Part shown: in pieces, positions 27,581 to 33,878 of the stretch | How positions within the stretch are numbered: position 1 is the first letter of the stretch | Layout of the letters: each line of letters starts with the position of its first letter | Assembly (NCBI GenBank): GCA_049322255.1 | Contig: JBMORE010000021.1 | Span: 1 to 33,878 of the forward strand | Origin: Myxococcota bacterium | GTDB lineage: Bacteria > Myxococcota > Myxococcia > Myxococcales > Myxococcaceae | Direction of reading: 5' to 3' | Length of the DNA stretch: 33,878 bases | Program-made: the position numbers and the translations under genes | The notes under the pieces: model-generated | What the model saw: only the letters and a program-made list of their open reading frames with translations | What the model was told of the DNA's origin: nothing | Database searches by the model: none

Positions 27581-30500
27581 TCACCGCACCGCCGGGACTT
27601 TGGAGGTCGCCCGCCGTTTCAACAAGCCGTGCAGGCGTGCCTTGGCGCGGTCGGCGAGCAGATAGAACGCCGGCACCACCAGCAAAGAGAGCACGGTGGA
27701 CAGAACCATGCCACCGAGCACGGCGATCGCCATCGGCCGCTTCACCTCGGCTCCCGGCCCCAGCGCCAATGCCGCCGGCACCGCGGCCATCATCGTCGCC
27801 ACCGAGGTCATGAGAATCGGCCGCAGGCGTACCGGCCCGGCCTCGCGCATCGCCTCCAGGGCACCCTTGCCCTGCCCGCGCAGCTGCGTCGCATAGTCGA
27901 CCAGGATGATCGAGTTCTTCTTCACGATGCCCATCAGGAGCAAAAGCCCAATCATCGAAAAGATGTTCAACGTCGTGCCGCTCCCCCACAGGGCGAACGC
28001 AGCGCCCGCCACAGACAGCGGCAAGATGGTGAGCACCGTCACCGGGTGCAGGAAGGAGTTGAACTGCGATGCCAGCACCATGTACGCGACGACGATTCCG
28101 AGAAAGAGCGCGAACAACAGGGAGCTCATCGACTCGCGAAAGGCCACGCTGGCGCCGCCCAACACCAGCCGGTACCCAGCGGGGAGCTCGCGGCCGAGCT
28201 TTTCGACGTAGGCCAGCACCTGGTCCTGCGCGTGGCCGGGCGCGACGTTGGCGAACATGGTGATGGCGCGCTCGCGGTCACGCCGGGTAATCGCCTGCAG
28301 CACGGGGCGCTCCTCGCGAGAAATCAGCGCCGCGAGCGGAACCAGCTCTCCCGAGGCAGAGCGCACGCGCAGCCGCTCGAGGTCCTCCGGCCGGGTGCGC
28401 TGGGAGGCGAGCAGCCGTAGACGCACGTCGATGCGCCGCCCGCCGGTGGAGTACTTCCCCACCCGCACCCCGCCGACCATGGCGTTGATCGTGCGGGCGA
28501 CCTCGCTCACCGAGACCCCCACGTCGTTGCTCCGGTTGCGATCCGGGGTGATGCGCAGCTCGGGCATCCCCAGCTTGTAGTCGGTGTCCAGGTCGACCAC
28601 CTGCCCGCTGGCGGCGAGCTTCTGCCGCACCTGTTCGGCCTGGGCGACCAAGGTCGCCCAATCACCTCCGCGCACCGAGAACTCGACAGGGAAACCGCGC
28701 TGCGCAGTGAACCCGGACTGCGACAGGTCCTGCACCACCGCGCGCAGGCCGGCGTAGGAGTTGAGCTCCTTGCGGACGACTCGAGCGAATTCGCTCTGGG
28801 CGACGGCACGCTGAGAAGGCGACACCAAGGTGAGGAACATCACCCCGGTGTTGACGCCGCTGCCGCCGAAGCCACCGACGACGGCGAAGGCACGCTGCAC
28901 CTCGGGGCGGGCGTTGATGAACGCCTCGGCGCGGCGAAACAGCCGGTCCGTTTCCTGAAGATCGCTGCCCACCGCGGTCTGCATGCGAATCATCAGTCGG
29001 CTCTGGTCCTGCGAGGGCACGAATTCGCCGGGCAACCGTTGCAGCACCCACATCGCGCCACCCAGCACCAGCGCCGCCCCCGCCAGCACTGCCCACGGCC
29101 GGCGCAGACCACGGTCCAGCACCTTGGCGTACTTTTGCTCGATGAAGGTGAAGCCCTGGTCCACCCACCGCCCCACCCGGCTTCGCCCTTCGCGCGAGGA
29201 GGTGAGCAGCTGGGCGCAGCGCGCCGGCGCCAGCGTCACCGCCTCGAGGTAGCTGAACATCACCGCCAGGCAGAGGGTCACCCCAAACTGGAGGAAGAAG
29301 CGGCCGATCACTCCCTCCATGAAGACGACCGGGAGGAAGATGGCCACCACCGCCACCGTGGCAGCGAGCGCCGCGAAAGTAATCTCCCGGGTGCCGTCGC
29401 GCGCCGCCAAGACGCGGTCTTTGCCGCTCTCGGCGTGACGGAAGATGTTCTCCATCACCATGATCGCATCGTCGACCACGATGCCCACCGCCAGCGCCAA
29501 CCCCAAGAGGGTGAAGGTGTTGAGGGTGAAGCCCAAGAAGTAAATCGCCGCCACCGTCCCCAAGAGGGACATCGGAATGGCGAGCACCACGTTCAAGGTG
29601 CTGGAGATCGAGCCCAAGAACATCCAGCACACCAGCGCGGTGAGCAGCACCGCGAAGAGAATCTCGAGCTGAATCTCGCGCACCGACTCCTCGATGAACC
29701 GGGTGGAGTCGAAGTTGACCCCCAGCTCCATGTCGGGGGGCAGGTCCTTACGCAGCTTGTCCAGCTCGGCGCGCACGCCTTTCGCCACCGCCACTGCGTT
29801 GGCTCCGCGCTGCTTTTTGATCCCCATGCCCTGGGCGGGTGAGCCGTTGACCCGGGCGAGGCGGCGCACGTCCTCGAAGCCGTCTTCCACCAGCGCCACC
29901 TGGTGCAGATAAACCAGAGCACCCTCTTTCTGGCGCACGACGACGTTGCGCAGCGTCTCGAGGTCGAGCGCCTCGCCCATCACCCGCACGTTGACCTCGC
30001 GCCCTTCGGTTTCCAGAAGGCCGGCCGGCAGCTCCACGTGCTGGTGCTGGAGCGCGGCCACGACGTCGCCCGCAGTCACCTGGTGCTCGTCGAGCCAATT
30101 GGCGTCGAGCCAGATGCGCACGTTGCGCTCGAGGTAGCCGCCCATCATCACCTCGCCCACCCCTGCCACCGTCTGGAGCTTCTCCTTCACCCGGTAGCGG
30201 GCGATGTCCGAGATGAGTGCTTGCGGGTACGGCCCCGAGACGCCCACCCACATGATCGGCTGGTCCTCGGGGTTGGTCTTGGAAACCACCGGCGGGTCGA
30301 TGTCGATGGGCAGCCGCCGCTGCGCCTGGGCCACCTTGGTCTGTACGTCCTGCAGCGCGGCGTCCACGTTGCGCGCCAGGTCGAGCTCGATGGTGACGCT
30401 GCCCGCTCCTTGCCGCGAGGTGGAGGTGACCGACCGTATTCCCTCCACCTGAGTGACCGCCTCCTCGAGAATCTCGATGACGTCGTGCTCGATCACCTCG

Positions 30501-30667
30501 GGCGCGGCGCCCTCCCAGGCGACGTCGACGCTGATGGTGGGGAAGTCGACGTCGGGGAACTGGCTGATGCCGATACGGCTGGCTGCCACCAGGCCGAAGA
30601 CGACGGCGGCGCCCATCAGCATCCACGCCAGCACCGGCCGGCGAATGCAAACCTCGGTGAGGTTCAC
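27581..30667 (-). CDS. RND efflux permease (AcrB/AcrD/AcrF, HAE1-like)
   Basis: IRRPV, FPDVDFP, GIVVDDAIMVMENI, GIVKKNSI and RLRPILMTS motifs. 1028 aa. Confidence 0.95.
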   Translation of the reverse strand: MNLTEVCIRRPVLAWMLMGAAVVFGLVAASRIGISQFPDVDFPTISVDVAWEGAAPEVIEHDVIEILEEAVTQVEGIRSVTSTSRQGAGSVTIELDLARNVDAALQDVQTKVAQAQRRLPIDIDPPVVSKTNPEDQPIMWVGVSGPYPQALISDIARYRVKEKLQTVAGVGEVMMGGYLERNVRIWLDANWLDEHQVTAGDVVAALQHQHVELPAGLLETEGREVNVRVMGEALDLETLRNVVVRQKEGALVYLHQVALVEDGFEDVRRLARVNGSPAQGMGIKKQRGANAVAVAKGVRAELDKLRKDLPPDMELGVNFDSTRFIEESVREIQLEILFAVLLTALVCWMFLGSISSTLNVVLAIPMSLLGTVAAIYFLGFTLNTFTLLGLALAVGIVVDDAIMVMENIFRHAESGKDRVLAARDGTREITFAALAATVAVVAIFLPVVFMEGVIGRFFLQFGVTLCLAVMFSYLEAVTLAPARCAQLLTSSREGRSRVGRWVDQGFTFIEQKYAKVLDRGLRRPWAVLAGAALVLGGAMWVLQRLPGEFVPSQDQSRLMIRMQTAVGSDLQETDRLFRRAEAFINARPEVQRAFAVVGGFGGSGVNTGVMFLTLVSPSQRAVAQSEFARVVRKELNSYAGLRAVVQDLSQSGFTAQRGFPVEFSVRGGDWATLVAQAEQVRQKLAASGQVVDLDTDYKLGMPELRITPDRNRSNDVGVSVSEVARTINAMVGGVRVGKYSTGGRRIDVRLRLLASQRTRPEDLERLRVRSASGELVPLAALISREERPVLQAITRRDRERAITMFANVAPGHAQDQVLAYVEKLGRELPAGYRLVLGGASVAFRESMSSLLFALFLGIVVAYMVLASQFNSFLHPVTVLTILPLSVAGAAFALWGSGTTLNIFSMIGLLLLMGIVKKNSIILVDYATQLRGQGKGALEAMREAGPVRLRPILMTSVATMMAAVPAALALGPGAEVKRPMAIAVLGGMVLSTVLSLLVVPAFYLLADRAKARLHGLLKRRATSKVPAVR

Positions 30668-31797
30668 CTCACGCCCCCCAGCGACGCGTCGCCACCCCCC
30701 GCATCAGGAAGCTCTCCCGCGCGGGTTACCCGCACCGGCGCCCCCTCGCGCAGCGCCTCGGTCCCCCGAACCGCCAAGAGCTCGCCCGCCTTCACCCCGT
30801 CCTTCACCTCCACCAGCCCCTCGGCGGTGCGCAGGCCCAAGGTGAGCACCCGCTCCTTGGCCACCTCGCCCTCGACCACGTAGGCAAGAAAGCCACGCTC
30901 GCTGGGGCGTACCGCGGTCTGGGGAATGACCGGAGCGGCGCCACCGCCTGGAACCGGCACCGTCACCTCGGCGAAGGCGCCCGGTCGCAGCTGGTCTTTG
31001 CGGTGGTCCTCCACCTCGGCGGTGACCGCTACCATCCGCGAGCCCTCCTCGGCGAGATCGGCCACGTGGGTGATACGCGCCTCCAGGTTCTCTCCCACCC
31101 CCCGCACCTGGAAATGTGCCGCCATCCCGGCTGAAAAGCGGGCTGCGTCAGGCTCGGGCACCCGAAAGCGAAGGAGCAGAGGCTCCCGCCGCACCAGGGT
31201 GGCGAGCACCGTGCCGGGCTGCACGTACTGGCCGGTCTGCACCGAGCGGGTCTGGAGCACCCCCACCACCGGAGCCCGCACGTAGGCGTCGCGTAGGTTG
31301 AGCTGCGCCTGCTCCCATGCCACCCGCGCCGCACTGTGCTCGGCGGCAGCGGTGAGCGCACGGGTGCGCCAGGTCTCGAGCTCCTCACCCCGAATGAGGC
31401 CAGGGTTGGCCTTCTCGACCGCCTCCCGCCGGGAAAGCCCCGCCTCGGCGTCGGCCTTGGCAGCGGCGGCCTTGGCCAGCGCAGCTTCGGCGGCCCGCAC
31501 CGAAAGCCGATGGCGGTGGGGGTCGATCTCCACCAAGACGTCCCCCTCCTTGGCCGTCTGCCCTTCGGCGAACCGCACCTTTTCGACGACACCCGCCACG
31601 CGGGCGGTGACCTGCACCCGCTCGAAGGCCTCCACCGATCCGACCGCGCGTACCCCGTACTCCACCGGGCGCGCCGCCACCTCGATGACCTCGACCGGGA
31701 AAGCCAGCGCTCCCTTGGGCTTCCCCGGCGGCGCCGGCTGGTCGGCGCAGGCCGACAGCAAAAGCCCGAAAGCCGCGAGCATCGACGCTGTCCTCAT
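30664..31797 (-). CDS. RND periplasmic adaptor (membrane fusion lipoprotein)
   Basis: ATG 31797 gives [17 protein letters not shown] (lipobox). VTARVAGVV…EGDVLVEID, VRAPVVG, LRPGAF and VIPQTAV motifs. 4-bp overlaps with both neighbours. Confidence 0.92.
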   Translation of the reverse strand: MRTASMLAAFGLLLSACADQPAPPGKPKGALAFPVEVIEVAARPVEYGVRAVGSVEAFERVQVTARVAGVVEKVRFAEGQTAKEGDVLVEIDPHRHRLSVRAAEAALAKAAAAKADAEAGLSRREAVEKANPGLIRGEELETWRTRALTAAAEHSAARVAWEQAQLNLRDAYVRAPVVGVLQTRSVQTGQYVQPGTVLATLVRREPLLLRFRVPEPDAARFSAGMAAHFQVRGVGENLEARITHVADLAEEGSRMVAVTAEVEDHRKDQLRPGAFAEVTVPVPGGGAAPVIPQTAVRPSERGFLAYVVEGEVAKERVLTLGLRTAEGLVEVKDGVKAGELLAVRGTEALREGAPVRVTRAGELPDAGGGDASLGGVR

Positions 31798-33104
31798 CGC
31801 TCCACCTCTCGACCGAGCGGATCGACCCCGATCGCGGCCCGCAGGTTCAGGTACGCCAATGCCATGCCGTACCGTTCTCGCGCCAGGGCGACCTCGGCCT
31901 CGAAGAGCGCCACCGATGAATCGGCGACCTCCAGGGCGCTGGCCAAGCCCTGGCGGTAGAGCTCGGCCACCTCGTCGGCATTCTTGCGAGCGGCGATCGC
32001 TGCCACGGCTGCTTGGGCAAGAGCGCTCTGGGCGCTCTGCAGGGAGATGATCGCCTCGCGCACTTGAACTTCGACCTCCCGCACGGTGAGCCGCGCGGAG
32101 AGACGCGCGATGCGCGCGGCCGCGTCGCGCTCGTCGGCCTGGGCGAAGGCGAGGCCTTGGTCGAAGAGCACCCAGCTCGCATCGGCGCCCACCGTGCCCT
32201 CGCCGGTGCGGCCGATGAGACCCGGCTCGTTGGTGAGCCGGTATTGCCCGCGCAGCGAAACACTGGGGAGAAAACGCATCCACGGCTCGTTGGCGAAGGC
32301 CTCGGCCGACTCGGCGCGGGCCACGGCGGAAAAGATGTCGAGGCGAGAGGCGGTGGCCTTGGCCAACAGCGCGGCCTCGCTCTCCAGCTCGCGCGCGGCC
32401 GTCTCCAAAAGCGCGGTGGGGACGACGAGCGGCGCGCGCACCTCGGCGTCGAGGAGGAATGCCAGCTGCACCACGGCGGCGCGGGCCTCTCCTTGCGCGA
32501 GGGTGGCCTCGCGCTGGGCGGTGGCGAGCTCCAGCTCGGCGCGGGTGACGTCGTTGACGCTCACCAGCTTCGCGGCGAAACGCTGGCGCGCCTGCGCAAG
32601 GCTCGTCTGGGCCAGCTCCTGGCGGCGAACAGCGGCCTGGTAAACCTGCTCTGTCGACAACGTGCGCAAGAAAGCGTCGGCGGCCTCGAAACCCAAGAGC
32701 CGCTTGCTCTCGCCTTCCTCCAGGCGGGCGGCATCGCGGGCCAAGCGAGCGGTGCGGTAGAGCGGAAAGCCACGAGCGTCGAACAGCGTCCAGCGGGCGG
32801 TGGCGGTGGTGAAGAGAGCGTCGAGCGATTGAATGGTGACGTGGGTGCCTCCCACGTCGCGCACCACCTCGCCGGGTCGACGCGTGTAGCCGCCGGAGAG
32901 AACTAGCTCGGGGAAGAAGAAAGCCCGCGCCTGGGCCACCCGCGCCACTGCCGCCTCGGTCTGCAGCGAGGCGATCTGCGCCCGCTCGTTCCTCGAAAGT
33001 GCCAGCGCCACCGACTCTTCCAGGCTCAGCCCTGAGGAGGGCGCCGGCGAGACGGCCGCAGCGAGCACCGCGACAAGAAGCTGTTCCACCGGAAGGGCGA
33101 GCAC
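31794..33104 (-). CDS. TolC-family outer-membrane efflux protein
   Basis: [37 protein letters not shown] and LRAAIG motifs. Start uncertain (GTG 33104 or 33089); the 33869 extension overlaps bcp and is not credible. Confidence 0.88.
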   Translation of the reverse strand: MLALPVEQLLVAVLAAAVSPAPSSGLSLEESVALALSRNERAQIASLQTEAAVARVAQARAFFFPELVLSGGYTRRPGEVVRDVGGTHVTIQSLDALFTTATARWTLFDARGFPLYRTARLARDAARLEEGESKRLLGFEAADAFLRTLSTEQVYQAAVRRQELAQTSLAQARQRFAAKLVSVNDVTRAELELATAQREATLAQGEARAAVVQLAFLLDAEVRAPLVVPTALLETAARELESEAALLAKATASRLDIFSAVARAESAEAFANEPWMRFLPSVSLRGQYRLTNEPGLIGRTGEGTVGADASWVLFDQGLAFAQADERDAAARIARLSARLTVREVEVQVREAIISLQSAQSALAQAAVAAIAARKNADEVAELYRQGLASALEVADSSVALFEAEVALARERYGMALAYLNLRAAIGVDPLGREVER

Positions 33105-33130
33105 GTTGAGGTCCAAAACCGAGGTGCGGA

Positions 33131-33140
33131 TGGGTATAAC
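33131..33140 (+). promoter_or_regulatory. Putative -10 element giving a leaderless bcp transcript
   Basis: TGGGTATAAC, with TATAAC ending 6 nt before the ATG at 33147. No SD in between. Confidence 0.4.
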
Positions 33141-33146
33141 GCCGCC

Positions 33147-33611
33147 ATGCCCATACCCAAAGAAGGCGCCTCCGCCCCTGCTTTCTCCCTCAAAGACCAA
33201 ACCGGCAGTACCCACAAGCTCTCCGACTTCAAAGGCAAGCACGTGGTGCTCTACTTCTACCCCAAGGATGACACCCCCGGCTGCACACGGGAGGCGTGCG
33301 ACTTTCGCGACCAGCACTCGGCGCTGACCAAGGCCGGAGCGGTGGTGCTGGGCGTGTCCGCGGACAGCGAGGCGAGCCACCAGAAGTTTGCCACCAAATA
33401 CGAGCTCCCCTTCCCGCTCCTGGTCGATGAAGGACACCAGGTGGCAGCGAAGTACGGCGCCTGGGGCGAAAAATCGCTCTACGGCCGCAAGTTCATGGGG
33501 ATGATCCGCTCCACCTTCCTCATCGGCCCCGACGGGAAGGTGAAGAAGGTATGGCCGAAAGTGAAGGTCGAGGGGCACGTCGACGAAGTGAAGGCCGCGC
33601 TCACGGAGTGA
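33147..33611 (+). CDS. bcp: Thioredoxin-dependent thiol peroxidase (BCP/PrxQ)
   Basis: [23 protein letters not shown] (PxxxTxxC with resolving Cys), GVSAD and RSTFLI motifs. Confidence 0.95.
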   Translation: MPIPKEGASAPAFSLKDQTGSTHKLSDFKGKHVVLYFYPKDDTPGCTREACDFRDQHSALTKAGAVVLGVSADSEASHQKFATKYELPFPLLVDEGHQVAAKYGAWGEKSLYGRKFMGMIRSTFLIGPDGKVKKVWPKVKVEGHVDEVKAALTE

Positions 33612-33878
33612 GGGCCTGCCGTCACTGTGCAAGCCCACGTTTTCCGCCCCGGGGCGGATGAACGCCGCTCGGCTTCGAGGGACGCGGGGGCTCTGTGGCG
33701 AGCCTGTCGACTTGCGTTTCTCGTGTCCTTTTCGCTTGACAGGTTTTCGAAGGCACTCGCCGCGCCGCGCCCGACGCACGCAAGAAGGCTCCGTATTCGT
33801 ACATTGTTTGGATTCTGCACGTGAACGCACGCGCGACGCTTCCCTCGCTCGTCTGCCCCGACTTCCCACGCCTGGCAG

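Overview
High-GC bacterial chromosomal segment, very likely from a myxobacterium (Myxococcota). This is inferred from the EncA-type encapsulin, the Cys-rich/DAG-linker lipoproteins and the CCCTCACCC-type palindromic repeats. It comes from a draft assembly with one 100-N scaffold gap flanked by an exact 127-bp duplication. Gene order: a truncated minus-strand CDS; a PHP-family (CehA/McbA-like) metallohydrolase lipoprotein with an OprO/P-type porin; a Tyr-rich lipoprotein; murJ; a family 1 encapsulin shell gene with no adjacent cargo gene; a type II P-type ATPase behind a structured leader; a TolB-like propeller lipoprotein; an outer-membrane-like lipoprotein; a sigma54 response regulator with an M23 peptidase; a beta-barrel OMP; rsmI and yraN; a ~600-bp unexplained non-coding region; a YhaO/YhaN-type (Mre11/Rad50-like) pair whose ATPase has a predicted membrane hairpin instead of a zinc hook; an ABC1/UbiB kinase, a PqqD-like/TPR/TM/lipoyl-like protein and an SRPBCC gene; a TolC-MFP-RND efflux operon; and bcp. 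I saw no rRNA, tRNA, CRISPR array or transposase. All calls come from reading motifs by eye; no searches were run.
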